Assembly: GCF_009914755.1 (NCBI RefSeq)
Contig: NC_060936.1
Length of the DNA stretch: 64,000 nt
From: the human T2T-CHM13v2.0 reference genome, Homo sapiens
Direction: 5' to 3' (one strand)
The notes under the pieces: model-generated
The model's database searches: none
What the model saw: only the letters and a program-made list of their open reading frames with translations
Told to the model about the DNA's origin: nothing
Program-made: the position numbers and the translations under genes
Shown: positions 28,993 to 50,935 of the stretch, in pieces
Numbering within the stretch: position 1 is the stretch's first letter
How the letters are laid out: every line of letters begins with the position of its first letter

Positions 28993-30357
28993 AGCAGTTC
29001 ACAAACTTTTTGGTCTTAGGATCATTTACACTCTTAAAATTTAAGAGTTTTTGTTTTTTGTTTTTCTTAATGTGGGTCATCTATCAATGTTTACTATATT
29101 AGAAATAAAAACTGATAAAAATCTAAATATATTAGTTCATTTAAAAAATAAATACATCACATATTAAATGACATATTTTTATTTTAAAAACTTATTATTT
29201 TCCAAAACAAAGATATTTTGTATGAAGAGTGGCATCGTATATTTTTGCAAACCTCTAACATCTGGTTAGTAGAAGACACCTGGATTGTCACATCTATCTC
29301 AGCATTCAATTTGTTGCAATATGTTGTTTTGGTCCAAAAATATTAAGAAAATCTGGACTCTCACAGATATACAGTTGAAAAGAGGTAAGTAGTTGAATAG
29401 CATTTTCAGATAACTATAGGTGTTATTCTTTGATACTACATAAAAACACAGTTGTTTCTCAAAGGTTAGTTGCAATATGAAATCTGAAACCACATCAATG
29501 AAGTTTTCAGTGTTCCCTTAAAATCTGTTGGTATTTTGTACTTTGATGGATTACCCATTACAGTTTTGTAAAATCATACATCGGTAACTAGGAACCATTT
29601 GTTTGCTGAGTTATGCGTAGCTTCCAAATGCTGACACATTTCATGGTGAAATATCAGAAATTATATTCATTGATACCACCACTAATCTTCTCAGAAAAGT
29701 CTTTATACACAGAAACTCTAAAGCTCATTGTTGCTACAAATTTTCAAAAATTCTAATTTTCACTTGAATGATTATCACTGGCAACATATAGTATCAAGTG
29801 TTTTCCTTGAAGTGATATATTTTTTGAATATATTCATTTTCAAGAAAATATATGCTAAATATCCAAGTCTGAATAACTATGGTATTTCAGGTAGTCTTTC
29901 AAGTAAAAATGATGCTCTATGACAAAAAGACTAGCTCTGCTTGCAAGACAAACTACACATGTGCTTTCCCTTAACCACTGTACTTTGGTATACAGTAGAA
30001 GTGCTTTATGTGTAGTTCCCATTTGGTCAGACAGAATATTTTTAAAAATATGAGATGTAATAAAATTAGTAAATTTTTCTGCTTCAAGGATATTCTTAAT
30101 TCAAACTGACATTATTCTTACTGCATGCATGTACATGGTGGTGAATATTACAATGAAGATAGCAATTTGGTGCCACTGCTTTGATTCATGCTAAGGTGCT
30201 GGCAGTTTTACCCATCACTGCCTCTGCACCATCACAGTGAAAAAGGCAAATAACATCTTCAAATTATTATAAAAACAGTGTGAACCTCATAGAAAGCTTC
30301 AACTAAAAAGATCTCAGGGACTCTCAGTGTCCCTCAGACTACACTTTGAAAACCACT
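28993..30357. mobile_element. Charlie1-type hAT element
   Basis: CAGCAGTTCACAAACTTTTTGGTCTTAGGA ... CACTTTGAAAACCACT termini, about 1.4 kb. Confidence 0.8.
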
Positions 30358-31432
30358 CTGATATCCAGACTACACAAACACTAATAATCACTTGTAAAAT
30401 TTACCCATATACAATTAACCAGTGTGAGTCCTCTTACAGGACAAAAAACAAACAAGTAAGAAATCTCCTAGAATAAGGAGTCTCTGAACAACTAAATGGT
30501 TGCTAGAAAGGCTCCTCAGATAGACAGGAGGCGGCTCAGGAACCATGCATTTCTTTAAAAAGGACTTATGTAGATGGTCCTCAATTTTTTTCTCCCATTC
30601 CTACACCAAAAGTCTAGAAGAATCAGTGCCAAACCTCAAATTTGAAGACATAAAGCAAGTATGACAAGAAAACAACGATGCTGAAAAGATTTCTACCAGA
30701 TGATAGTTGGTTTAAGCTTCTTTCAGAATGTGGATTTTATAGCTTACTTTTAAAAGAAGCTGAAATAACTCACTCTTTTTACCTAACCATAATAATAATA
30801 CTGTGTTCAGTTATAAACAACATATATTTTTAATGAAGAAGTTCCACCTCTTCAGCCTACACATAAAGGAAAGATCTACTAACACTAAACCTCACATATA
30901 GAGCTTGGTACAGTTAAAGCGGTTCTAATTTGCAAAACTGTAAAATTTTAAAGAAACAAAAAAATCCATTTTGCTCACCACTGTATGTCTAGTATCCAAC
31001 TCAGCCCTTAAATAAGATGCTCAATAAACATTTGCTGAATGCTGAATATTGAAATGGTTGATATGAAATGAGATATGAACCCAGGTTACCAAAATCATAC
31101 TAGTGTAACATCTAGCACTCTTTCTACTATGTGAAATCTTTTTTATAGCTCTCTAAAATAACACCTATGAGAAACCTAAAGGACTGTTATAATATCCTCT
31201 AACAAAATGTAACATTACCTGTTACATTTGAAAGCCTGGTATGAACCATTTAGACCACAGTTTGAAACCCAAACCAATAATTCTATCATTTTCATTTCTA
31301 AATATTTGCTATCTGAATTAAGCAATATTAAGTAACTGTCCACTACTAGATGAAGTACCAATAAGACACCAGTCTTAAATTAATCATCACACATTGATTA
31401 TCACCCTCATACAGACTATCCTTAATATTTAA

Positions 31433-32190
<758 letters not shown>

Positions 32191-32653
32191 TCAGATATAA
32201 AGACTGTGCAGCATCTTGAAAATAATGTGTCACCGTGGCATTTTGTTTCCTTTTAAAAAATTTCCTGTCAGTTTGACATTTACTACTGTTTCTCTCACAA
32301 AAGCACAATGTAAAAAATTTTGGAGTGAGGGGCTGAAAAATGACCTGTTGGGTATAACGTTCACCATTTGGGTAATGGGTACACTGGAATCCCAATCCCA
32401 CCACTCTGCAATATACCCAAGTAACAAACATGCACATGTACCCCAAAATCTAAAATAAAATTAAAACTTGAGGAACTGAAGCTACAACAAATCATTTTAT
32501 TTTGAAATACATGCCATGAATGTAACTTCGTTCTCTAGAAAGACATGACCTACCATGGATATAGCCAAAGGAAATGGGCTTCTGTTGCATAAAGAATTTG
32601 AACTTAATATTATTTAAAGAAAAAAAATTATATTGCCAATAAAGACTTTAAAG

Positions 32654-32958
<305 letters not shown>

Positions 32959-33073
32959 GACTTCAAAGGTAGAACAAGGACTCAATCTTCTCTGCAGGTC
33001 TAAAAAGAAAAAAGTTTTTCAAATGTCTAGAATGGCTTAGACTTGGCCTAACATTTGGCAATGAGGCAGAATC

Positions 33074-33095
33074 AGTTCAAAGGTCAGTCTGACCC
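33074..33095 (+). promoter_or_regulatory. Composite nuclear-receptor element (DR1 overlapping a consensus ERE)
   Basis: AGTTCA-A-AGGTCA (33074-33086) and GGTCA-GTC-TGACC (33082-33094); motif only, function untested. Confidence 0.4.
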
Positions 33096-33742
33096 AAAGG
33101 ATTCAAATCCCATCTGTGCGTCACACAAACAAATCATTAGCAAACTGCATCCTTCTGCTCTGCAGCTATCCAGTCTTGGCTTTAGTACTTGCCAACCTTA
33201 CTCTGGAAATTACCCTGTTCATTAATAAGTCAATTATGGAGAATTATTTCTTCCAACTACTGAAACTTTTGCTTCTCAACACCGTTCTGCAGTCCTTTAA
33301 TCTTGTTTTTTTAACATTACCAGAGAGGAAAAATATTAATATTCTGTGATGCAATCAATATCTTCTCTAGTAACAATACCCTGTTCCACACTGTTCTATA
33401 CAAACACAGATTCTACCCTGAATTTCAGAAACCACTAGGAAAATAACAGATAACAGAGAAATTAGAGCTCTTAGGTTTAACTTAGAGCCAAAATCAAAAG
33501 AGAAGAGAATTCAGAGAGAGGAAGGAAGAAGCTGAGAGGGTCGTGGTGTAGAACACTTACTTTCAGGAACACAGTGTCCCTTAGATTTCTGGTGAGTTGC
33601 CCAGAGCCTCTTCAGTTTCAATCCAAATGACAATGCTTCTCTGAGTCCTCCTCAAGTAATGTTTCCACCACTAAAAATTGGATCTACAAGAGCTTAGATG
33701 TACTGGTAAAAAAAAAAAATGTCAGGGGCCCCCATGTGGGCC

Positions 33743-33944
33743 TCAAGCCTCTTTTAAACTAGGCCCACTTCTCTGTCCTGGGCCAACTCCCCTGTGTACT
33801 ATATTCCTTCTTCTTCCAGGTGCCAGGTATTCAGCCTGTTTCTTCTCTTCTGAGCTGCCACCACCTACTCTATTTCTCAGGGTTCCTCTAACCCCAAGAC
33901 TGGCTGTGGAGTAGGACACCAGCTTCCCCCCTTCCTTGCTGTCC
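33743..33944 (-). CDS. YAF2: YAF2 alternative terminal coding exon (short isoform C-terminus DSKEGGKLVSY...SLKEA*)
   Basis: TTTATTTGCAG|G acceptor in phase with exon 2; 66 codons to stop (ORF track 33743..33958); candidate ATTAAA on minus strand at 33296-33301; consistent with my recollection of a short YAF2 isoform. Confidence 0.7.
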
Positions 33945-35545
33945 CTGCAAATAAACATATAGGCTCTTCTAGTTTCAGTATTTTTCTAATGGCTACAAGA
34001 AAATAGAGAGGGAACAACAAAAAGCAATAATATATAGTACCAGAGATCAAGATTATAATTGTTTCCACTTTAATGTTCCTGCCTCCAAAAAACGAATTTT
34101 CTAAAAATTGCTTATTGAGCATTTTAAAAAGCACAAAGTACTAACACAGATACACAAATATACTCTAAACCAACTCCAACCTTACACAGCCAAGAAGATA
34201 CTCTGCTTTTCAAAATACTTAAATCACAAATCACGGGTCCAAAAATAGTAACCACAATCATTTTAGCAAATACTTTTTTTCTTTTTGGAATGTTCTGTTG
34301 TAATCCCTTAAATTTAGCATACGTTTGAAAGTTTGCTTTTTGAATATGAAAAATGTACGAAATATTTTATCAATTGTGGGAATATACAAAAAGCATATGA
34401 TGATTTACAAAAAACAAGCATGTCAAAACCAGCGAGCTTCACTGAGAAATTTTTCAGATAAGTTACTGTCAACCATTCCTGTCTCTAAATTTTAAACTTA
34501 ATAAAATTCTGTAAAGTGTTTTTTAAAAAATCAAGATCTCATTTTTTAGAAATCTAACGTCTACTGAATATTTGTATATGTCAATATTACATGTGCCTTC
34601 TTTTTTAAAGCAACAGTAAGATTAGTATGCTTATTGTTATAGTTTAGTTTCTAATGGACTTTGTAATATCAAAATACATATCTTCTCTAAATATTAAGTA
34701 ATAAATCACAGGATTATATTTAATTCAAAGGGTACCTTCGTATAAGAATCAAGGAGCTCGATAACTAAGTGCTGACAGATTAAGAATGCCACTGACTGAA
34801 TTTCCTGGATGATTTTCTTTATTCACTTAATTCAAAGTCATTTTTTAAAAGACAGAGTTATTATACTGCAAGCTTACAATAAATAAAGTCTGAAAATAGG
34901 CAGAGATCTTTTCATCTCATTTGTCTAAGAGACTGCCATTTAATCAAACTAAAGATATAAAGGTACTTTCAGTAAAAATCTGTTCCTGTGACTGGGCTCA
35001 TCTCCAACTACTTATTTATAAAATATTAGAGTACTGGAATAAAAACACTAAATAAAACCTTGATCTGACCCTTCCAGAAGTACATGTAGAAAAATAAGTT
35101 TTAATATATTGTGTATTCTGCAATCAGATACTTTTCTTTCTTTAGGAACGAAATTAAATTACATCCTTTGCTCCTAAAGAGATTTTATGGGTTTTCCTTG
35201 ATCCCCACACACTAACACAACAATGCAGCCAACATTTTTATACCCAGAATGGGGAGAGGGGCATTACACCCAGCGATACGAATTAAATCGCAGTAGCTAA
35301 TGCCTCCCTTAAATAATTTATTCTCTCTTGGCAGCAAAAAACGTTACAGCCTCTTCAATTACCCCTCACCGCAAACCATCGCCTGGGTTGCGATCAATGT
35401 GACCCAGTTCCTATCGCCACAGCCACCTCCGTCTGCCTCCTCCCGCCGGGTCCGCCAGTGTCATGGGAGGGGGCGGCAGCCGCAAGGGCGTCCTCTGGTC
35501 GCCACCCCGCCGGCCGGCGGCGCGAGGGGCAGGCCCGGGACTCAC

Positions 35546-35671
35546 CGGGTGGAGGTGCCCTTCCGCACATCGCACATCATGCACTTGAAGGCCTCGGCGC
35601 TGTTCCGGAAGGTGCAGACGCTACAGTCCCAGTAACCCTCATCCGAGGACGGCTTCGGCTGCCGCTTCGGC
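35546..35671 (-). CDS. YAF2: YAF2 coding exon 2, RanBP2/NZF-type zinc finger
   Basis: CTGCAG|G acceptor, CG|GTGAG donor; 126 nt, in frame with exon 1, encoding [42 protein letters not shown] (W-x-C-x2-C-x3-N-x6-C-x2-C motif). Confidence 0.97.
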
Positions 35672-36101
35672 CTGCAGGACACAACCCGGACACGACGCGG
35701 CGCGGGGTCACCAGCAGGCCGCGCCCGGTGCCCGGGCCCCGCGGCCGCCCCCGCCCCGCCCCCCGCCCCAATTCTGCGACCCCCGCCCCGCGGGCCCTCG
35801 GCGCGCCGCGCTCCGGCTGAGGGGGAAGGGAGTCAGGAAGAGGCAGGGCGCGAGCGCGGCCGCAGTCGCCGCCGCCACAGCCGCTCTGACACCCGGGCGG
35901 CCGCTCCGGTCGCCGCCGCCATCGCGGCTCCATTGTGGGGCGGCCGGCGCCGGCCCCCTCAAGCGGCAGCACTCGCACACCAGCGGCGCTGCCCCCGTGC
36001 TCGCCCCGGTGCCCGGGCGGCTAGCGAGGCGGCCACCCGAAGCCCTGCACGAGGGCCCTGCCGCCCGCACAGTCCGGGCCCCGGGGCCCGGGCGCTGTTA
36101 C

Positions 36102-36127
36102 CTGGTGGGGCTCTTCTTGTCTCCCAT
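36102..36127 (-). CDS. YAF2: YAF2 coding exon 1 (MGDKKSPT-R)
   Basis: Minus strand reads CCAAGCC-ATG-GGA-GAC-AAG-AAG-AGC-CCC-ACC-AG|GTAAC: strong Kozak context, GT donor, matches the YAF2/RYBP N-terminus; lies in a CpG island. Confidence 0.97.
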
Positions 36128-37642
36128 GGCTTGGCTATCACCGCACGCCGAGAGTCGCCGCCGCGACCGCTCTGTTTGTCAATAAGGAGGATAATAAGCC
36201 GGGCGGAAGCGGGCGGGGGAGGAGGGAGGGAGGGGGCGGGGAAGGCCGCACCGCCGCGCTCGGGAGCCGCCGCCGGATCCCACGCAGCCTCCAGCTGTCG
36301 GGGAAACTCCTGCCTGGGCGCACGTGACCCTCGCCGGCCAACCAGCAGCCGCGCCGGAGACTTCAAACGCGGCCAGCGCGGCCCAGCACCCGCGGCGAGT
36401 TAGCCGGCGGGCGGTGCGGGGGTGGCCGCGGTGGCCGCGGCTGCCTCGGGCGCCGGCGCCGCCTCTCCGCGCTGTTCCCCCGTTGCCCCCTTGGTACCCC
36501 CGGCTGCCGGGGACTGCCTCGCGCTCCAGAGCCCCTCTGAGGAGGAAAACGTCTGTCCCACCGACTGGCAGGGGATGCTCCGTCATCCCGTGCGAAGCCT
36601 GGTCCAAGGTAGGGCCGGCCGGCGTTCGGAGGCCTGTCCAGGTCTGGACAGAAGTGCCAGCCCGGGATCTCCAGGTAGAACGACTTTCCTGGCCTCCGCT
36701 GTCCTTAGCTACCCAGCCCCCGCCTGCAGTATACCGGGGGGAAGGCGGGAACCAACACGCAGCGCCATTGCTACATGCCTTAAAGCACTGTCTGGTTTAT
36801 GCACACAGATGCTCTAACAAGTAGGGATTGTCAACCCTAACTTAGAGGAATTGAAATCAAGACTCAAGAGAGATTAGGTGACTTCCTCTAGGCTATATAA
36901 TTAGAAAATGACAAAGCCAAGAGTCTAACTCTGTTTTAATTCCAAACGCGCCCTTTTGGCCTCTCAGGCCTCTGCAGTAGCTGCTTTTGAAAGAAACCCC
37001 TATATACTCATAAGTCCTTTTTAAATATAAGGAGTTTGCATGTCCCCTCAACGCTGTCTGCTAACAAAAGAACACCTTCCCAGGTCTCTACGTCAACATA
37101 CTAAAGGTCCTCATACTCCAGACTCCAGCAACAGCCATCTAACTGGTCTCCGAAGCTCCACTTCTACCTCCCCAATGTATTCAGTAATCCACAACCAGAT
37201 TAATAATAAAATGCTGTTAATACTATGCCACCACTCTGATAAAGAACCACTAACGACTTGCCCACACTCCTTAGCCTGGCATTCAAAGGCTTCACACATT
37301 TTCCCTACCTCTGCCTCCCTCTCCCATAAGGAAAGCTGCCTCCTGACAAAGAGTGCAGATGAAATTCATTCCCTTACCAGAACCCTTCCTTCATGCACAT
37401 GGGTTACTTCTGCATAAAGTATATCCCTCTTTAACTGTGCTGTTTCTGTCCATCTTTCTAGGTTTACATCAAGTCCGAATTCATGTAAAATAATTTTATA
37501 GCTAAACTACATAGGAAATAATACAGTCAGAAGCCCAGGATTCTCAGCCTGCTTCTCCTGTTTCTTAGCTGATAGACCTTGGAAGTATTGCTTAATTTCT
37601 GTAATTCTCAACGTTTTCATATTCTGAATTGCATCTATATGA

Positions 37643-37975
<333 letters not shown>

Positions 37976-38076
37976 AACATTTTTTTGAGCACTATGTGCC
38001 AGGCACTTTGTAAATCCCTGCGCATAGATGCATATTTTAAAGGACTCAAAGTACTATGCACATGGCCTCATCGACT

Positions 38077-38225
38077 GCAGATGCTCTTCGATTTAGAAAG
38101 GGGATACTTCCCGATAAATCCACCTTAAATAGAAAATATTGTAAATTGAAAATGCATTTGGTACACCGATAAATCCATCGTAAAGTAGAAAAATCGTAAG
38201 TCGAGCCATTGTAAATCCGTAGTCT
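38077..38225 (+). mobile_element. MER47/Tigger5-like MITE fragment
   Basis: CAGATGCTCTTCGATTTAG...CCCGATAAATCCA...ATCGTAAGTCGA. Confidence 0.6.
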
Positions 38226-39779
38226 AGCCCTTCTTTTTAAAGACAAGGCAATTAGGGCCCAGGTTAAATGGTTTTTCTTTGATGAGCAGGCCAGGGTTAG
38301 AGCTCAGGTATCCTATTGGTCTTTCACCGCATCTTCTTTCTGATTAACCAAATCACTCCATTTACATAGCAGTCTCTAAACTCGTTGTACCATCTGTACT
38401 TTTTGCAAATGTAGCTTCTCATGATTCAGACCCAAATTCGGAAACCAGGAACCATGAGGAGTATGATTGAGGCACGTATACAAGAGAACCAGATTTAAGG
38501 CCTAGTCTTTAACCTCTCAGTAATGCAGTGGGTAAACTCAGCTAAGTTTTTTTCATATGTAAAATAAAGGAGTTAAAACTATTATCACAACTAAGGTCCC
38601 TTGCAAGTCTAAGGCATTGTGATGTTTTTAAATGCCTCAACTGGATGGATCCTCAAATAGACTGACAAGAACTGCTCTACTTGCAAAAGTGATGGCAACA
38701 ATGTATTTTTAAATAAAAAGGAAACTAAATCAAGCACTCTAAAAATCCCCCATGCTGCAAATCACCATTTCACTAGATTGTAACCTCCCTCACTAAAAAG
38801 TAAGCCGCACCTCTGAATCATGAACAAAAAGCACAATAACTTTTGTTGCCTTTATTGCTGCATCTCCAGCCCCTAGAACAGTGTGACACATAGTGGGCAC
38901 TCAATAAATATTCTGAGAATAAATACATCCACTTATAGTCAGGTTAGCGCGCGCCTGTATTCCCAGCTACTTGGGAGGCTGAGGCAGGAAGATAACTTGG
39001 GCCCCGGAGTTCCAGACCAGCCTGAGCAACAAAGCCAAGACCCTGTTTCTAAACTAAATAATCAATACATTCACTTGTGTTACAATTGTTGAATGAGATT
39101 TTTTTCTTTCATATTGGGATTTACAAACTGTTAGGCATATTGCATGCAGTGGATGGTCAATAAATGCCAGAATTAACATTTATCCTTCAAAATGAACTTT
39201 ACAACTCCACACATCCTTGTCGATGAACCAGGAACCTAGTTTTTGTGGAGCACAGAATCATATGCCCTTGCACTATACCAACTGCCTCCCATTTATGGGT
39301 GTTTCTCTTAAAAAAAAATCTCTGCCCCTACTAGGCTTACGTGGAGACAGTAGTACAGGAGGTACTCCTCCCATTTCACCACAAAAAGTCACACCTTTCC
39401 TAAAGTGTTTACTAGCTGTAAGAGTGGCTGTTGTGGAGAAAACAGATCTTTTTATTACTAAAGTGGCCCAGGTTCTTACCCAATCAGGTGTCTTTTCAAT
39501 ACAGTAACAGAGTTCAGTACTTTAGAAATGTTAATTCATTACGGTCACTTGTAAAGTGACAAACACTAACGATCGTTTTAACAATTTAACAAGTGTTGAA
39601 GTTTTCTGATGATTTACTTTTTTTGTTGTTTGTTTGTTTTTTTGTGTGTTTGTTTGTTTTTTTGTTTTTGTGTGTGTGTGTGAGAGAGTCTCACTCTAGT
39701 GCCTGGGCTGTAGTACAGTGGTGTGATCATAGGTCACTAAAGCCTTGAACTCCTGGGCTCCAGCGATTCTCCTGCCTCA

Positions 39780-40778
<999 letters not shown>

Positions 40779-40968
40779 TAAAATAAATAAATTAAAATTA
40801 AAGTAATCCCTAGGCTATTGATATAATAATATCCGTTTCCATTCCAATATGCTTCCTAGGAGAGACTGGAGTAGGTACTGAAATTGTGCATGTGATCCTG
40901 TTTACACGTGAACAGTAATCTGTTCTTTCTGGAGATGAATAAAAAGATTGAGAGTCTGTCGTAGATCA

Positions 40969-41330
<362 letters not shown>

Positions 41331-41643
41331 TTAGTCTTGAGTTTATTAGCCAAACATAATAAAAACAATAAAAACTACGTATTGATGTTGTATATAGTTA
41401 TTAGGCAACAGGAGCTAATACCTGAAATGAGAAGTACCATCTTGTTTATTAATTGGAATTTGAGAGAAAATGGGGTACCTAAGGGAGAAATGAGCTGTAA
41501 ACCTTCCCTGAGAGCAGGAGCTCAAAGTATAATAGTAAGCTACAGTGGTAAAACCAATCACATTTTGAAAGATGGATTTTGTGGTTTTTGTTTGGTTGAC
41601 TGGTATCTAATTTTGTTAGTTATAAAAGTTATATGTCACCAGT

Positions 41644-42348
<705 letters not shown>

Positions 42349-42419
42349 CTGGTGTCAAGTTCAGCAAATATATATATATATGAATTAACATATCCAGTGC
42401 CTTGTTATAACACTCCTGG

Positions 42420-43058
<639 letters not shown>

Positions 43059-43432
43059 AGAATTTGAGTAAGAATTAAGATTACAAAGATTAAGATTTAA
43101 AATATCCACATTATTTGACACAGTAATTCTACTTTGAGGAATATATCCTAAGGATACAACCTGAAATGCATGAAAAGTTTTTCACAGAAATAGCCATGAA
43201 ATTATTTTAATATACATTGAAAACAACCTGCATGGTCATCTGAAGAGAAATAGTTAAATAAAATATGATCTAACCAAAGAACTGGATTTTAAGAAGTCAT
43301 TAAAAACAATGTTGATGAATAATTTGTAACAAGAGACAATGCTTATGTTGTAACATCAAGTGAAAAAGGCAGAATCTAAAATTGAATAAGTATATAAAAA
43401 GCATAGAAAACATTATAAGGAGACACACCTAA

Positions 43433-44080
<648 letters not shown>

Positions 44081-44385
44081 CAGTCTCTCAACTTCATTTC
44101 AGCACAGTATTGTCTGTTTTTTACCATTTGCCTCTAGCCTTTTGTTCCTTCCTTGCTCTTCTCCTCTGTCCCCCTATATTGTACCCTTCCCTCCATTTTT
44201 ACCGCGCCTTTCTGATAGCTCTCTATGTTATCCCATGGTCTCACCTTAACTAATGGCGCCACCAACCAGCGCCCCATTCCTCCTGCATTTCCTCTTTACT
44301 CCAAACCAGCCCAGCACTAGATTCAAAGTAGCCTCTCCTGTCTACACATTGACTCTCATCCCCCTTTCCCAAATCCAGGAATTAG

Positions 44386-45170
<785 letters not shown>

Positions 45171-45816
45171 AACTTTTCTATACATATTTAAACTTCTATA
45201 CAATGAGACATTTCTACCATTCCCCTAGATGCAACTATCCCATATACAAAGACATTCTCATCCTCCCCTAAAATGAGGAGACACTATGCCCCAGCAGTCA
45301 TTATATCCACTGTGGCAGGCAATCACACCGTCCATCTCCACACTATTTTAATAACTCCTTAAATTCACCCACAGTCTTAGCTGGTTTTCTGTTACTGAAA
45401 TACTAAACGTTATAGTTTAACCTCCAACAAAACTTGTATTAAGTAATAAAAGGAAAAAGAGGAAGAATAAAATAGTTCATACAAATGCACACACATACAT
45501 GCACACACATAAACAATGAAGAAAATATATGTAGCTGCTACGTCCTCCTTTCTGTAACCAGTCATGGGACCACGGTTGTTAGTTATAACTGTGACCCACT
45601 AACCATTCCTTGTTACTCCTTACTTAGTCAAGCCCTTAGCAACGCTGAGTTCTTTACCTGATGAGGTGACCTAAACCTTCATTCCTGAAGTGTCTAAATG
45701 CTCAGTAGTCCTGACTTGGTTTGGTTACTGAAGTCTTCATTACCTTTTACTATTGGACATTGAAGTACTAAGAGGTTCTCTGAAGAATACCCTAGGCTGA
45801 AGACATAGTGATTTTT

Positions 45817-46561
45817 TTCCCTTCAGCTTTTATTTTAAGTTCCAGGGTACATGTGCAGGGTATGCAGGTTTGCTACATAAGTAGATGTGTGCCATGGTGG
45901 TTTCCTGCTCAGATCACCTTGGTATTAAGTCCAGCATCTATTTGTTATTGTTCCTGATGCTCTCCTGCCCAGTAATCCCCACTCCAACAGGCCCCAGTGT
46001 GTGTTGTTCCCCTCCCTGTGTCCATGTGTTATTATCATTCAGCTCCCACTTACAAGTGAGAACATAGGTGTTTGGTTTTCTGTTCCAGCATTAGTTTGCT
46101 GACAATAACAGCTTCTAGAACCAACCATGTCCCTGCAAAGGATATGATCTCGTTCCTTTTTATGGCACATAGTATTCCATGGCATATATGTACCACATAT
46201 TCTTTCTCTAGTCTATCCTTGGTGGGCATTTGGGTTGATTCCATGTCTTTGCTATTGTGAGTAGTGCTGCCATGAACATAAGCATGCATGTATCTTTATA
46301 ATATAATGATTTATATGCCTTTGGGTATATACCCAGTAATGGGATGGCTGGGTCAAATGATATTTCTGCCTCTAGATCTTTGAGGAATTGCCACACTGTC
46401 TTCTGCAATGGTTAAACTAATTTACACTCCCACCAACGGTGTAAAAGCATTCCTTCTTCTCCGGAACCTCACCAGCATCTGTTATTTCTGGACTTTTTAA
46501 TAATTGCCATTCTGAATGGCATGAGATGGTATCTCATTGTGGGTTTGATTTGCATTTCTCT
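45817..46561 (-). mobile_element. 5'-truncated L1PA 3' end
   Basis: L1 3'UTR and ORF2 tail; TSD GACATAGT(G/C)ATTTTT at 45802 and 46562. Confidence 0.88.
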
Positions 46562-47073
46562 GACATAGTCATTTTTATCCTTGCAGCATATCAGTAACCC
46601 AATTTTGCCTTGAATCTGGTTCAGTCTCCCCATCCAATATAGCAATGTCCTTATTTATCTTTAGTTTGATGGCATGAGGAGTACTACATATCCAAGTGTC
46701 AATTTCATCGTCCAGTTCAATTGTTGTGGCCTTTTGTGAAAGCATTTCTACTCTGGGAATCAAGACCTTCAGGTTAGTAAAGTGCAATGTTATGGGGATG
46801 GAAAGCAAAATTTCTGCAAATAGGCATAATAGTGAGAAAAGCCACTCCCATTTCCATCTCTCTCTTTTTTATGTATATACTTTAAGTTCTGGGATACATG
46901 TGCATAACCTGCAGGTTTGTTACATAGGTATACATGTGCCATGTTGGTTTGCTGCACCAACTCTTCATTTACATTAGGTATTTCTCCTAATGCTATCCCT
47001 CCCCCAGCTCCCCACCCCCTTACAGGCCCTGGTGTGTGATGTTCCCCTCCCTGTGTCCATGTGTTCTCATTGT

Positions 47074-50872
<3,799 letters not shown>

Positions 50873-50935
50873 TATGATGTTAGCTGGTTATTTTGCCCAT
50901 TAATTGATGCAGTTTCTTCATATTATTGATGGTCT

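Larger units (their letters stand above)
35380..36780. promoter_or_regulatory. YAF2: CpG island / TATA-less promoter of YAF2
   Basis: Very high GC and CpG density; GC boxes GGGCGG at 36201, 36211 and 36234; ETS-like GCGGAAG ~36203; E-box CACGTG at 36321-36326; G-run tract 36211-36241. Confidence 0.9.

Noticed and set aside
31205-31229. 10-bp perfect hairpin with a donor-like loop
   Set aside because: Expected by chance in 64 kb of AT-rich DNA; no partner acceptor identified
35914-35925. CCGCCAT as a YY1 feedback site in intron 1
   Set aside because: Lacks the 3' TT of the YY1 consensus; common in CpG islands
35300-36824. Many 110-166 aa ORFs in the CpG island
   Set aside because: Stop-codon scarcity in GC-rich DNA; the real coding sequence is the two short spliced YAF2 exons
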